A DNA stretch of 63,992 nucleotides, the filler included, from Candidatus Hydrogenedentota bacterium (GTDB lineage: Bacteria; JBFMHD01): the NCBI GenBank assembly GCA_040752395.1. It is 9 parts of 9 records of this genome, joined end to end, with 100 filler letters (N's around TTAATTAATTAA, not from the genome) between each part and the next. Parts side by side here need not be neighbours in the genome. Positions count along the whole stretch, not along the records: positions 1 to 5,968 come from JBFMHD010000172.1; positions 6,069 to 11,999 come from JBFMHD010000173.1; 7 more parts are not named here. One strand, 5' to 3'. Of this stretch, positions 1-10,551 are shown one piece after another. Position 1 is the first letter of the stretch; each line of letters starts with the position of its first letter. The notes under the pieces were generated by a model. It worked only from the letters and a program-made list of their open reading frames with translations. It was not told the origin of the DNA and made no database searches. The position numbers and the translations under genes are program-made.

Positions 1-451
1 GAATTAAATAGCCGCTTTCTGAAATACGGGGCTTAATAACCACTACATCTGTGTTAAATATTTTATTTATTTGTAATATTGTGTTTCTAATTTCGGATGT
101 CTTCTTAGTATTTTTAAAATTAAGTAGTGTTGTAGGGATTGTATTTATGTGTCTTAATTCGTATAAGTATTTATACTTATCAATATTCCAAAAAATAAAG
201 TCATAATCGTTTATCAGTTTAATGTTATTTTTTTTGAGCATTGATATTTGCTTTAAAAATTCTTGATAGTGTAAATAATAACCCCAGATGCTTTTTAAAA
301 TTACTACGTCAAAAGGTTTTGATATCTCTATGGCATTTTTCAAAGTAACGATTTCACAAGAGAATCCTTTATTTCTATAGGCGTTACGTATATAAATGTC
401 TTCCTGGATTTTCCCTACATGTTTTTCTGATGAAGTTATATATATTTTCAT
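1..451 (-). CDS. ATP-grasp (RimK/glutathione synthetase-like) ligase, 3' end beyond window
   Basis: Not in the ORF track. Manual translation gives MKIYITSSEK...VILKSIWGYY...WNIDKYKYL...VVIKPRISESG, matching ATP-grasp motifs. Its ATG overlaps the upstream stop (ATGA). Confidence 0.7.
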   Translation of the reverse strand, partial: MKIYITSSEKHVGKIQEDIYIRNAYRNKGFSCEIVTLKNAIEISKPFDVVILKSIWGYYLHYQEFLKQISMLKKNNIKLINDYDFIFWNIDKYKYLYELRHINTIPTTLLNFKNTKKTSEIRNTILQINKIFNTDVVVIKPRISESGYLI

Positions 452-2013
452 GTCAATAATTCTATGGATGATTTAAGGCGTAAAAAGGATTTCAATAAAT
501 CTTCGTATTTATCAAATGCGATAGTTACCCTTGCAATAAGCTGGTCTTGATTAGGCCAACAGATTGCTTTTCCAGTCAATAATTTAATATTACCTGATGT
601 ATATAAAAATTTTAGCAAAGTTGCATCATCAACTATCCTAAATCCTTTATAAGTTTTTCCAAGTAATTTACTTAAATCCAAGAGTATAAAAAAACCCGAC
701 TCTGGCTCAAGTACTATACTAATATCTTTGATACCATTCATAGTTTTTTTAATATCGAAAATAAGTCTGTTGTTTTTGATAATTTTGTTCAGCAGAATTC
801 TTTCTTTCTTATTAATTTTGTCAGTTCCTATAATAATGGCCTTCGCGAAAATATACCTTTCATAATATTTTCTGGTTATATCGGTGAAATACTTTTCTCT
901 TTCCATGAGAGCATTATTTTCCGATAAAAAAGTTGCGCCCATAGCGGCCGACTGTAATAATGATAATGAATCCAAGTTTTGAAATATTTTATCTCTTATC
1001 AAAGAAATAATCGTCTCATTAGCAATTAACATACCTGATCTTAAACCAGCTAATCCGTAAGGTTTAGAAAGAGAATATAGTGTTATAGTATTATCAAAGT
1101 GTCCCTTTAAACTGCAAATAGGTAGTACGGTAGAATTTCTATTGAATTCTAGACCAAAATAAGCCAAATCATCAATAATAAATACACCGGCATTATTGCA
1201 AATATTAGAAATTTCCAATAATAACGATTCATCTTTTTTGCTATATACAATACCAGTCGGGTTATGTGGGTTTAAATTAAGAAAAGCAGAAATTCTTGGC
1301 GGTACATCAGAATGTCTAAAAACATATCCACCCCGATTCATTTTATAATTTCGCCTAAGTTCATTGTTTGTGCTAGAAATAAGTTGTTTAAGTTCTTTCG
1401 GATTAATTTTCCAATTATTAAAGCTTGTAAGTGGCAAAAGCTTAACCTTACCTCCAATCCTTTCCGGTATGAAAGCAAAAAGCCCATAATTGGGAGCCGT
1501 CATAATGACTACATCCCCATAATCCAGTATTGTTTCCATAATAAAAGTAAACGCTTGTGTGCTTGAATGAGTAAAAATAATATTATTCTCAACAATTTCT
1601 AAATCATGAAAAATTCTAAAATATTTTATAATGGGCGCCTTATCCTTACTATCCCCCGCAGCTAGTTGATAATCAGAAAGTACTCTATTTTTCAAGGCAT
1701 GTTTTATACTCGTAATGCATCTACTAAAAGGCTTAAAACGCGCGGGGCTTCCAATTCCCAATCTTACTTTATCCACCACTGGATTTTTAAATCCTTTTAT
1801 AAGAAGGTTTGATGAAAGACTGTAATTTTCATATGCTTTAGCAGCCTCTTGTATCTCGATAGATTTCCAAGAATTCAAAAGCGTATTACCCAAGTAAGGC
1901 AGTCCACCATAAGACATTCTATTGACTTGGTTAGACGGATACATACGTATCACAGATCTTATGGATTTTGGAAAATCTTTATTTCTCACAACTTTTTGTT
2001 TATTATCCATCAT
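448..2013 (-). CDS. PLP-dependent fold-type I enzyme (aminotransferase class I/II family), unusually long
   Basis: Motifs NPHNPTG, DDLAY and SLSKPYGLAGLRSG (PLP lysine). Confidence 0.85.
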   Translation of the reverse strand: MMDNKQKVVRNKDFPKSIRSVIRMYPSNQVNRMSYGGLPYLGNTLLNSWKSIEIQEAAKAYENYSLSSNLLIKGFKNPVVDKVRLGIGSPARFKPFSRCITSIKHALKNRVLSDYQLAAGDSKDKAPIIKYFRIFHDLEIVENNIIFTHSSTQAFTFIMETILDYGDVVIMTAPNYGLFAFIPERIGGKVKLLPLTSFNNWKINPKELKQLISSTNNELRRNYKMNRGGYVFRHSDVPPRISAFLNLNPHNPTGIVYSKKDESLLLEISNICNNAGVFIIDDLAYFGLEFNRNSTVLPICSLKGHFDNTITLYSLSKPYGLAGLRSGMLIANETIISLIRDKIFQNLDSLSLLQSAAMGATFLSENNALMEREKYFTDITRKYYERYIFAKAIIIGTDKINKKERILLNKIIKNNRLIFDIKKTMNGIKDISIVLEPESGFFILLDLSKLLGKTYKGFRIVDDATLLKFLYTSGNIKLLTGKAICWPNQDQLIARVTIAFDKYEDLLKSFLRLKSSIELLT

Positions 2014-2083
2014 TTGATTTTAAAAATTTCTTTTATTTTAACTGATGTATCTCTTGATTGATTCCTAAAGAGAAGATATTCTT

Positions 2084-3130
2084 TTAAAACTTCTTTATAA
2101 TTAAATTTGGAAGAAGATGTAATTCTTCAAAAGTTAATTTACGTTTAATAGTTGGTTTATCCATCAGGCGTAACGCAGCATTTGCAATATCTATTTTTGT
2201 AGGATAATAATATTTAGTTAGTGCTGTTGAGGTGGGAACTGGAACATTAGGGCAAGAAAGCGATACTGGACTATTCTTTAGATATAATAACTTTTGTTTC
2301 GCAATGTCCGCAATAACATCTGTGCCAATACTAAAAGCGTGATTAGTAGTATCAACCGTAATAAGTCGGCCAGTTTTTTTTACTGATTTTAAAATAGTCT
2401 CGTAATCTACCGGATTTATGGAAACAAGATCTATAAGTTCTACGTCAACATGGTCACGAATTAGCTTTAAAGCTTCATATGCCGTAATCAAACCATCTCC
2501 ATAAGAAACAATTGTAAGATCTGTACCCTTTTTCACCACAACAGCTTTATCAAGTGGTTCATTATATAGTCCGGTTGGCACATCTTGTCTTAGAGAAAAA
2601 AGCCAGCGCGATTCCAAGATAACCACGGGGTTTTTGTCGCGGACTGCAGAAATAAGCAAGCCTTTCGCCATATACGGAGTAGAAGGAATTACAACCTTAA
2701 GGCCAAGTGCATTGCCAAAGAGTGAATAGAGCGCTTGTGTGTGTTGTGGGCCTTGTCCCCACTGTCGACCAATATTGATTCTGAATACAATTGGAACTGG
2801 ATGCTCGCCACCAAACATATAATTCCACTTCGCTGCCTGCGTAAAAATTTGGTCAGCAGCAAAGAGCGCAAATTCAATCCTACCGTGATGCACAATAGGA
2901 CGAAGACCTGTTATAGCTGCGCCAATAGCCATTCCTGTTATGGCATTTTCTGATTGTGGCGTTTCGATTATTCGGTAAGGATATTTTTCTTTAAGCCCAG
3001 CTGTTGTTCCGTCTGCACCGTTTTTGTATGAAACCTCAAGACCCATAACAATAACATCTTGATCAACTTCCATTATTTGATCCGTGGCTTCTTTAATTGC
3101 TTCAGTGTATTTAATAATCCTATTAGGCAT
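2084..3130 (-). CDS. 2-oxoacid dehydrogenase E1 beta-like (transketolase C-terminal) subunit
   Basis: Motifs ETPQSENAITGMAIGAA, GPQHTQ and VVIPSTPYMAKGLL. Start moved to the ATG of MPNRII, which overlaps the alpha-subunit stop. Confidence 0.85.
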   Translation of the reverse strand: MPNRIIKYTEAIKEATDQIMEVDQDVIVMGLEVSYKNGADGTTAGLKEKYPYRIIETPQSENAITGMAIGAAITGLRPIVHHGRIEFALFAADQIFTQAAKWNYMFGGEHPVPIVFRINIGRQWGQGPQHTQALYSLFGNALGLKVVIPSTPYMAKGLLISAVRDKNPVVILESRWLFSLRQDVPTGLYNEPLDKAVVVKKGTDLTIVSYGDGLITAYEALKLIRDHVDVELIDLVSINPVDYETILKSVKKTGRLITVDTTNHAFSIGTDVIADIAKQKLLYLKNSPVSLSCPNVPVPTSTALTKYYYPTKIDIANAALRLMDKPTIKRKLTFEELHLLPNLIIKKF

Positions 3131-4097
3131 AGAGGTTAGTGTATAAACTTTCTTTCTTTGGAAAAGGTGCCTTCTCGGCAAACATGATGGCATCAGCAAC
3201 AGTTTTTATAATATTATCTTCTGTGGCAACAATTTCGCTTTCGGAGATTCCCAAAGCGAGGATTTCTCGTCTCATCTTTGCTACTGAATCTTTTTCTTTT
3301 CTCCGTTCAGCCGTATCTTCTTCACGAGTTTCCTCCTCAAAAGTTGGCCCACTGTGTGCCATGTGGCGGTAGGTCATGCACTCAATAAGAGCAGGTTTGC
3401 CTATGCGTACTTCGGTGATAAGTTCTCTAGCTTTTATTGTTACATCTAAATAATCATTCCCGTCAGCTTTTATGTATCGTACTCCAAATCCAGTAACAAT
3501 CTTTTCGGTATCATAATCCGCAGATCGACGTTCCCAAAGACGCGTGTTAATAGATCTAAGATTATTTTCAAGAACCAAGAGTAATGGTAGTTTAAAAAGT
3601 GCTGCTAGATTTAAAGATTCACAAACACCTCCCTCTTCAAACGCGCCATCGCCTAAAAACACGACTGTTACTGTACCGCTCTTGTGATACTTTTGTTCAA
3701 ATCCACTACCACAAGAGAGAGGTACAGCACTTGAGAGAATTGGCGTCGACCCAATGAAATTAACCGATGTATCAATCAAGTGCATTGACCCACCTTTGCC
3801 ATGGGAACAACCGCATTCCTTTCCAAGTAATTCACAGACCATCTTTTTAAGATCTCCGCCTTTAGCCAGATAGTGTCCGTGTGATCGATGGTTGCTCATC
3901 ACTCGGTCGCCTTTCTGTAATGCATCGCAGATGCCCACCGCTACTGCTTCCTGGCCAATATAGAAATGGACAAGACTCATTATATTATTCTTAAGATAGT
4001 AAGCTGCTATTTGCTCTTCTGTTGTTCGAATAAGGAACATTTTTTTATAGGCGGCAATCCTTTCTGTGGTTCCGATTAATATTTTTTTGTTTTTCAT
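3123..4097 (-). CDS. TPP-dependent dehydrogenase E1 alpha-like subunit
   Basis: Motifs HFYIGQEA, HRSHGH, GKGGSMH, GDGA...ENN (TPP motif) and YRHMAHS. Confidence 0.9.
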   Translation of the reverse strand: MKNKKILIGTTERIAAYKKMFLIRTTEEQIAAYYLKNNIMSLVHFYIGQEAVAVGICDALQKGDRVMSNHRSHGHYLAKGGDLKKMVCELLGKECGCSHGKGGSMHLIDTSVNFIGSTPILSSAVPLSCGSGFEQKYHKSGTVTVVFLGDGAFEEGGVCESLNLAALFKLPLLLVLENNLRSINTRLWERRSADYDTEKIVTGFGVRYIKADGNDYLDVTIKARELITEVRIGKPALIECMTYRHMAHSGPTFEEETREEDTAERRKEKDSVAKMRREILALGISESEIVATEDNIIKTVADAIMFAEKAPFPKKESLYTNLYA

Positions 4098-4453
4098 AGT
4101 ATTTTTGAATCTTTTTAAAAAATTTATTATTCTTACCTTGAATTACGAAATTAAGTTGATACCATGAAAGTACAGGATTATTCTGTATTTTCATTATACC
4201 AATTTATTCTCTAACAGGACTTACGGCGCCTTGAAAAGATAGCGTATTGACAATGTAATCAGCGTATTGAAACCCATAACTGCATTTCTGTTTTACCCCC
4301 AATTACGAAATTCAAAAAATATGATTTTTAACCCATATTAAACCAATACTGAAACTAAAATTCACAATTAAACCAATACTAAAAACACTCTGAATGTAAA
4401 TTCAGTTTCTAATTTTTTTAAAAATATTATATTTTTAAAAAAATAAATATCAC

Positions 4454-4763
4454 ACCTTGAATTACGAAATTAATTTGGTATTATAAAAATTACAGGGTAT
4501 ACCCTTTTTCTTTTCTCTCTTTTCTTTTAATTTGGTTATTTACAGGGTATAATCCCTGTTTTTTTATATCATGCAAATCCAAATAAAGGTTTACAATGAT
4601 ATATTAAACAAAGTAAAAATTATTTGCAACCCTTAATCTTTTAAAAATTCATACCTTGTAATCTCACAAGCACATTTAGATAATCAAGATTAAAATGTGA
4701 TTCTTTTTGATTTTTTTGATTAGCTAAATGTTTTTATGAGAAAGCAATTTCGTAATTCAAGGT
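4454..4763. mobile_element. MITE/IS remnant with 18-bp perfect terminal inverted repeats; extra left-end copy at 4135-4152
   Basis: ACCTTGAATTACGAAATT at 4135 and 4454, with the reverse complement at 4746-4763. No ORF inside. Confidence 0.65.
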
Positions 4764-5035
4764 TAACTACCTAACCAATTAAGATATGAGAGGGCTTGGA
4801 TAATTGCCTCGTTTTGTTCGCCCCATTTATATTAAATAATAACTGGTGAATTATTTTCATCTAATCCCAAGGCGTCTATTCTTCCACTATCGGTGATAAC
4901 TTCTGGAGCTATATAACGAATACCAAAAATATCTTCTAAATTATCATCAATGAGATTTTGTAGTTCTTTCTCATTTCTAAAGTTTGACGCTTTAATCTGG
5001 CTTGTTTTGTTGTTTTGGATTTTAAAAATTGGCAT
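4763..5035 (-). pseudogene. NucS/DUF91-like PD-(D/E)xK endonuclease pseudogene
   Basis: EKELQ...GRIDALGLDENNSPVII*YKWGEQNEAIIQALSYLNWL: a stop replaces the Glu of the E-x-K motif, and the frame ends at the MITE boundary. Confidence 0.7.
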
Positions 5036-5037
5036 AG

Positions 5038-5250
5038 TTATTTAATTAAATCATCAACCGCTACGCCTAATGCTTTGGCGATTTTTGATAATGTTTCAAT
5101 GGTCGGATTTTTATTTCCGCCAGATTCAATCTTGATAATCGTATTATAGGTAACATCGGCTAATTTTGAGAGCCGATCTTGAGAAATACCCATTTTATTG
5201 CGGTATTTCTTGATATTTTCAGCGATTGTGGATTTATTGTATGACTTCAT
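5038..5250 (-). CDS. XRE-family helix-turn-helix regulator
   Basis: Motifs ISQDRLSKLA and KIESGGNKNPTIETLSKIAKAL. Confidence 0.9.
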   Translation of the reverse strand: MKSYNKSTIAENIKKYRNKMGISQDRLSKLADVTYNTIIKIESGGNKNPTIETLSKIAKALGVAVDDLIK

Positions 5251-5679
5251 TGTAATATATTACTATAATCAAAGTAATAGATGTAGAGATTTCTTAATAT
5301 TACAATGATAACAAAAATTTATAAAAGAGTAAAGAACAAAAAGGGAGTAAAATTTCGCAGGAACGCGCACGGGAAGGGTGGGGCAAGTTCCTGCACCTTA
5401 AAAATCTGCGGCTCGCCCGCGAAGCGGGCAAAGACGGGCGGACAAAAAGGAAGGGGTTTTAGGAGTTTAAGTCCCCAGGAATTTTTGCCCGCCCGCCGCA
5501 ATTTTTTGCAGAGTTCTTGCCGCGCCGCAGGCGCGGCAGTCAGTTTCGTTCAAAATAGGTTCGGATTTGGTAGTATAAATGCTCCAGTATCAAACTTTCG
5601 TCTTTTTTGCCTGCTGTTTCGGCGGCGCGAAGCGCCGCCCCCGAATTCGTCGGGAAAAAACCGAAAAGTTTTATCGTGA

Positions 5680-5751
5680 AGCGGGAGACGGGACTCGAAC
5701 CCGCGATCTTCTCGTTGGCAACGAGACATTCTACCACTGAACTACTCCCGC
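5680..5751 (-). tRNA. tRNA-Gly(GCC), CCA not encoded
   Basis: GCGGGAGTAGTTCAGTGGTAGAATGTCTCGTTGCCAACGAGAAGATCGCGGGTTCGAGTCCCGTCTCCCGCT folds as a cloverleaf with a GCC anticodon. Confidence 0.95.
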
Positions 5752-5968
5752 GTTTAATTAACAAATTTACGATTTTTCGATTATTCATCATTATTCATCA
5801 ATATTATTCAATTATTCATCAATCGCATTTATTGGTCAATCACTTGCGCTTGACGGGTACATTGGTAACACTTTTTGATGTTGAAAATGAAATTCTACGG
5901 GTGTCTGATATCCAAGAGATTGGTGAGGTCTATTGAAGTCGTATTCAATTAACCATTCAGTTAAATTC

Positions 5969-6068
5969 NNNNNNNNNNNNNNNNNNNNNNNNNNNNNNNN
6001 NNNNNNNNNNNNTTAATTAATTAANNNNNNNNNNNNNNNNNNNNNNNNNNNNNNNNNNNNNNNNNNNN
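5969..6068. other. Artificial contig linker (also 12000-12099, 18016-18115, 23919-24018, 29763-29862, 35594-35693, 41421-41520, 62089-62188)
   Basis: Identical N-run/TTAATTAATTAA/N-run spacer with stops in all six frames. Confidence 0.98.
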
Positions 6069-6070
6069 TT

Positions 6071-6220
6071 CGAGACGGGATAGAATCTTATTTTGTAGAA
6101 GAAGATACAGGGAAAGAGATTGAGGCGCATCTTAGATGGGACAGTAAATCAAAGGTGTGTGTTGAAGTTTCTGTTGATAAAAATGGCAACATCGGCATAA
6201 CTAAAATACTATATAACTAA
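6071..6220 (+). CDS. C-terminal fragment of a GDYXXLXY-domain-like protein (cut by contig start)
   Basis: Translates as RDGIESYFVEEDTGKEIE...VEVSVDKNGNIGI*. Confidence 0.55.
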   Translation, partial: RDGIESYFVEEDTGKEIEAHLRWDSKSKVCVEVSVDKNGNIGITKILYN

Positions 6221-6230
6221 AGTTTAAATT

Positions 6231-7175
6231 ATGTATGAAAATTTTAAGGGAAAGAAGATTTTATTAACAGGCGGTGGCGGTTTTGTTGGCAGATTTCTAC
6301 ACAAAAAATTAATGGAATATCAGCCACAAGATGTTTTTATCCCACGCTCAAAAGATATAGACCTACGAATAGAAGCAAATGTCTCAAGACTTATTAATGA
6401 TTATAAACCACATATAGTCATACATCTTGCTGCTGTTGTTGGTGGTATAGGGGCTAATAGAGAAAACCCTGGTAAATTTTTCTACGATAATATCTCTATG
6501 GGTATACATCTTATAGAAGAAACGAGAAAAATTAACGTAGAAAAGTTTACCTGTACAGGAACCATTTGTGCTTACCCAAAGTTTACACCTGTACCATTTA
6601 AAGAAGACGAGTTGTGGAATGGTTACCCTGAAGAGACTAATGCTCCATACGGTATAGCAAAAAAGGCTCTTCTTGTTCAATGTCAAGCATACAGAGCGCA
6701 GTATGGAATGAATGCTATCTATCTATTACCTGTTAATCTTTATGGACCTTATGATAACTTTGACCCGAAGACCTCACACGTGATACCGGCTTTAATAAGA
6801 AAATGTGTAGAGGCAAAACGTAAAAATCTAAATAAAATAGTTGTCTGGGGAAGTGGCAAGGCTACAAGGGAATTTCTCTATGTAGAGGATTGTGCAGAAG
6901 CTATAGTAAAAGCCACACTATATTACGATGGTAGTGAACCTGTTAATATCGGTTCCGGTAAAGAGATATCAATACGAAACCTTGTATATCTCATTGCAAG
7001 GCTCACGGGTTTTAAAGGTGGAATAGAATGGGACGAGACAAAACCTGATGGTCAACCACGAAGGTGTCTTGATACAGGCAAAGCTTTTAAATATTTCAAT
7101 TTTAAAGCTACAACAGATTTTGAAGAAGGTCTCAAAAAAACCATACAATGGTACGAGGAGAATTTTAATGAATAG
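6231..7175 (+). CDS. fcl: GDP-L-fucose synthase
   Basis: Motifs [38 protein letters not shown] and KPDGQPRR. Confidence 0.92.
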   Translation: MYENFKGKKILLTGGGGFVGRFLHKKLMEYQPQDVFIPRSKDIDLRIEANVSRLINDYKPHIVIHLAAVVGGIGANRENPGKFFYDNISMGIHLIEETRKINVEKFTCTGTICAYPKFTPVPFKEDELWNGYPEETNAPYGIAKKALLVQCQAYRAQYGMNAIYLLPVNLYGPYDNFDPKTSHVIPALIRKCVEAKRKNLNKIVVWGSGKATREFLYVEDCAEAIVKATLYYDGSEPVNIGSGKEISIRNLVYLIARLTGFKGGIEWDETKPDGQPRRCLDTGKAFKYFNFKATTDFEEGLKKTIQWYEENFNE

Positions 7176-8595
7176 TTTTTCTATAACTGAAAAAATAAAA
7201 CAATTCTATGATGAGAATATCCAGAATTTCCAAAAGTTTAGAGTAAAAAACTGGTACTATTATCAGTGTATATTATCATTGCTAAAATTTCTTATACCTG
7301 AAAATAAAAAAATTCTTGATATAGGCTGTGGACCCGGTGATTTTCTTTATGAACTCAAACCATCAATCGGCATTGGTATAGATTTATCACCAAAAATAAT
7401 CGAACAAAACAAAAACAAATATCCGCATCTAAATTTCTACACAATGGATATCCAGAAAGAAACTCACTCTGATACTTTTGATTATATTACGATTATAAAC
7501 ACCATAGGTGATCTTGAGGATGTATGGCAATGTTTCAGGGATATAAGAAAGAATTGTAAACAGGAAACAAGGATTGTTATCATTTATTATAATTATCTTT
7601 ATGAACCTCTGTTAAAATTAGCTGAGAAACTGGGTCTTAGAATGCCTCAGCCAAACCTCAACTGGCTTAATTTTGATGATATCTCAAATCTCCTTTATTT
7701 AAATGGGTTCGAAATAATAAAGATGGGATACAAATGTGTATTTCCATTTTACGTTCCTCTCTTCTCTAAAATAGTAAACAGCATATTTTCTTCCATACCA
7801 TTAGTTCACAGGCTCGGTCTTATAAGCTATTTAGTCGCAAAACCATCACCCGAACCCGTAAAATCGCTTAAAGAATACACTGTATCTGTAATTGTTCCTG
7901 TCAAGAACGAACGAGATAACATAGAACCCACTGTAAAACGGACCCCGAATATGGGGTTACACACAGAGATAATTTTTGTTGACGGTAACTCCAGAGATGG
8001 CACACGAGAAAAGATACTTGAGATTATAGAAAAATATAAAGGTATAAAAGAGGTCAGATTAATCGACCAGGGTAAAGGTAAAGGCAAGTGCGATGCTGTG
8101 CAAAAAGGATTTAATGCTGCGCAGGGCGAAATACTGATGATACTTGATGGGGATCTAACCGTGCCACCAGAAGACCTCGAAAAATTTTATAAAGCGATTG
8201 AAGAGGGACGCGGTGAACTCATTAATGGTTCTCGTCTCGTATATCAGATGGAAGACGAAGCAATGAGAACACTTAACCTTATAGCTAATAAATTTTTTGC
8301 ATCTGCTTTCACTTTTATACTCGGTCAGAACATAAAAGACACTCTATGCGGAACAAAAGTATTGAAAAAAAACGATTATCTTGAAATTGTAAAAAATAGA
8401 GCTTATTTTGGAGAGTTTGACCCATTTGGAGACTTTGACCTGCTATTCGGTGCCAGTAAGAATAATCTAAAAATTGTTGAACTGCCGATACGATACCGCA
8501 GACGCATATATGGTGATACTAAAATCAACAGATTCAAACACGGTCTCCTGCTCTTAAAAATGTGTATGTATGCTTTTCTCAAATTTAAATTATGA
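7168..8595 (+). CDS. Fused class I SAM methyltransferase-like / GT2 glycosyltransferase
   Basis: N-terminal LDIGCGPG; C-terminal [20 protein letters not shown] and DTLCGTK. The start at 7168 has a GAGGAG SD. Confidence 0.85.
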   Translation: MNSFSITEKIKQFYDENIQNFQKFRVKNWYYYQCILSLLKFLIPENKKILDIGCGPGDFLYELKPSIGIGIDLSPKIIEQNKNKYPHLNFYTMDIQKETHSDTFDYITIINTIGDLEDVWQCFRDIRKNCKQETRIVIIYYNYLYEPLLKLAEKLGLRMPQPNLNWLNFDDISNLLYLNGFEIIKMGYKCVFPFYVPLFSKIVNSIFSSIPLVHRLGLISYLVAKPSPEPVKSLKEYTVSVIVPVKNERDNIEPTVKRTPNMGLHTEIIFVDGNSRDGTREKILEIIEKYKGIKEVRLIDQGKGKGKCDAVQKGFNAAQGEILMILDGDLTVPPEDLEKFYKAIEEGRGELINGSRLVYQMEDEAMRTLNLIANKFFASAFTFILGQNIKDTLCGTKVLKKNDYLEIVKNRAYFGEFDPFGDFDLLFGASKNNLKIVELPIRYRRRIYGDTKINRFKHGLLLLKMCMYAFLKFKL

Positions 8596-10544
8596 GATTT
8601 CTCTACACCATCTTATTTATAGAACTCTACTGCCTTATAATATATCCCACCTGGTATACACCTGATAATATTTTCATATTAAAATTATTCTTTTTTCATT
8701 TCTATTATATAGCGATACTTCTGCAAGTTTATATAATAAATAAAATTGTTGATCTAAAAAAAGTTGATATAAACTATAATTTTTTTAAACCAGATTTGTC
8801 GTTTTTTATAATTGTCCTCATATATCTCGCAGGTATAATACCTTTTATAAACTACCCTGTACTCACAAAACTTGATGACCATTTCCATACAGCATTCCCA
8901 GCTGCCTTTGTCTGTAAAATAGATGATATCATTATTAGAATATCCTCTGGGTTTCTGAACATACAAATTATATCGTGGCTTCTTGTATTTTGTTTGTTAC
9001 TATTATTTATATTTCTGAAAAGAAAAACTCTCCAATATATATCTCCTTATAAAATTTTATTTATTCTTTATCCTATGTTTTTAATCTATTTTTTCTTTCT
9101 GTCATATAATCAAATACTGGATAGATTCGGTAAGGTTATCTGGTTTCACAGATATCCACCAGTAGGTAAGACTCTGTTTGCCATCTCTTATTCATTATTT
9201 ACGATAGAAAATTGGGGAGGTAGATTAACTCAAATAATATTTAACATATTATCACTCTACATTCTCTATCGACTATGTGACTTCTTGCCTTTTAAAAATA
9301 AAATATCACGTCTTTTCACTCTCTCTTTATTCATTTTTAACCCACTATTCTGGAATATTATTTATCTTAATCATCTTGAGCAGGGTTCTGTATTTTTCAT
9401 TCTCATTATAATCTACTTTTTTCTTCGCTGGAATGAAAATTTGGATTTGCAAAAAGATAAGTACTTATTACTTTTCTGGCTTTTCTTTTGCACGGCACTC
9501 TTCTATAAACAACTGATTATATTTTTATTTCCAATTATAGTTTTATATTACATATTTCAAAGAAATGTACATTTCAAAAAGAGAGCCATATCATTTCTTA
9601 AAGCATTAAGTGTCCCTCTTATAATTTTTATCCCATATTTTATATTTGACAAACTTTATGGCATCTCACCTGCAGGGATATTATTTTCTCAAGTTAACAG
9701 TCTTTTTTCACCGTTTATTACTCTATTTCAAACTGCGGTATATTCTGGCTTTGGGTTGACTGTACTTCTTGTTGCAGGATTTATTTATTCTCTATTATTC
9801 ATAAAAAATAGTTATATAAAGTTCTTATATATTTTTACCATTTTCTATCTATTATTAATAAATATTACGAATGCCTGGACTTTTATAAGACACATACTGC
9901 CAGTATATATTCCGCTTGCTGTTTTCATAGCAATTTTGCTTGATAATTTGTATTCTTATTCAAAAAAATTAACATTCATAATTCTTATTTTTGTTTTTTG
10001 TGAGATGTTCTATTTAAACTTTCTCTCTTCTGAAAATGAGTTAATAACTTTCAGGACAAAGGAATATTATGATGTAGATTATGAGGATCTCAGCAGGTAT
10101 ATAAAATCACACGGCCTCTACAATGATAAAATCTATGCTCCTAATGCCTGTGAACCCTCTCATTTCTATTTTTATAAGCATAAAATCCCGACCGATAATC
10201 TTATCAGAATTTTTTGGTGCAAGGCTGAAAATCAGAATATCATAAATCTGTATAATTTCCTAAAAGACAGTAAGATAAAATATTTGGTTGTCTTATCACC
10301 TGATAAAAAACGCATCACAAGATATAATAAATATTTTTTAAATTATTTCCAAACTTTTAACCCGCTGAACACTGGTTATCCAGGTGCCTCATATTTCTGG
10401 AACGGTCTTGTAAACAGCAATCTTCAAGCTAAACTCTTTTATAAGTATCAAAATTATGGTTTCCAATTAATCGAATCATTCGGGAATAATCAGAATACCA
10501 TTCTTTTATTAAAGACTCCTGGATTTCTTTTAGCAGATTTATAA
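8592..10544 (+). CDS. Multi-TM GT-C (ArnT/PMT-like) glycosyltransferase
   Basis: More than 10 hydrophobic segments, an HRYPP motif, and glycan-cluster context. Confidence 0.6.
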   Translation: MRFLYTILFIELYCLIIYPTWYTPDNIFILKLFFFHFYYIAILLQVYIINKIVDLKKVDINYNFFKPDLSFFIIVLIYLAGIIPFINYPVLTKLDDHFHTAFPAAFVCKIDDIIIRISSGFLNIQIISWLLVFCLLLLFIFLKRKTLQYISPYKILFILYPMFLIYFFFLSYNQILDRFGKVIWFHRYPPVGKTLFAISYSLFTIENWGGRLTQIIFNILSLYILYRLCDFLPFKNKISRLFTLSLFIFNPLFWNIIYLNHLEQGSVFFILIIIYFFLRWNENLDLQKDKYLLLFWLFFCTALFYKQLIIFLFPIIVLYYIFQRNVHFKKRAISFLKALSVPLIIFIPYFIFDKLYGISPAGILFSQVNSLFSPFITLFQTAVYSGFGLTVLLVAGFIYSLLFIKNSYIKFLYIFTIFYLLLINITNAWTFIRHILPVYIPLAVFIAILLDNLYSYSKKLTFIILIFVFCEMFYLNFLSSENELITFRTKEYYDVDYEDLSRYIKSHGLYNDKIYAPNACEPSHFYFYKHKIPTDNLIRIFWCKAENQNIINLYNFLKDSKIKYLVVLSPDKKRITRYNKYFLNYFQTFNPLNTGYPGASYFWNGLVNSNLQAKLFYKYQNYGFQLIESFGNNQNTILLLKTPGFLLADL

Positions 10545-10551
10545 TATTTTT

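Noticed and set aside
5305-5936. ORFs of 60-124 aa around the tRNA
   Set aside because: They overlap tRNA-Gly and the GC-rich hairpins and show no protein-family motifs I can support.
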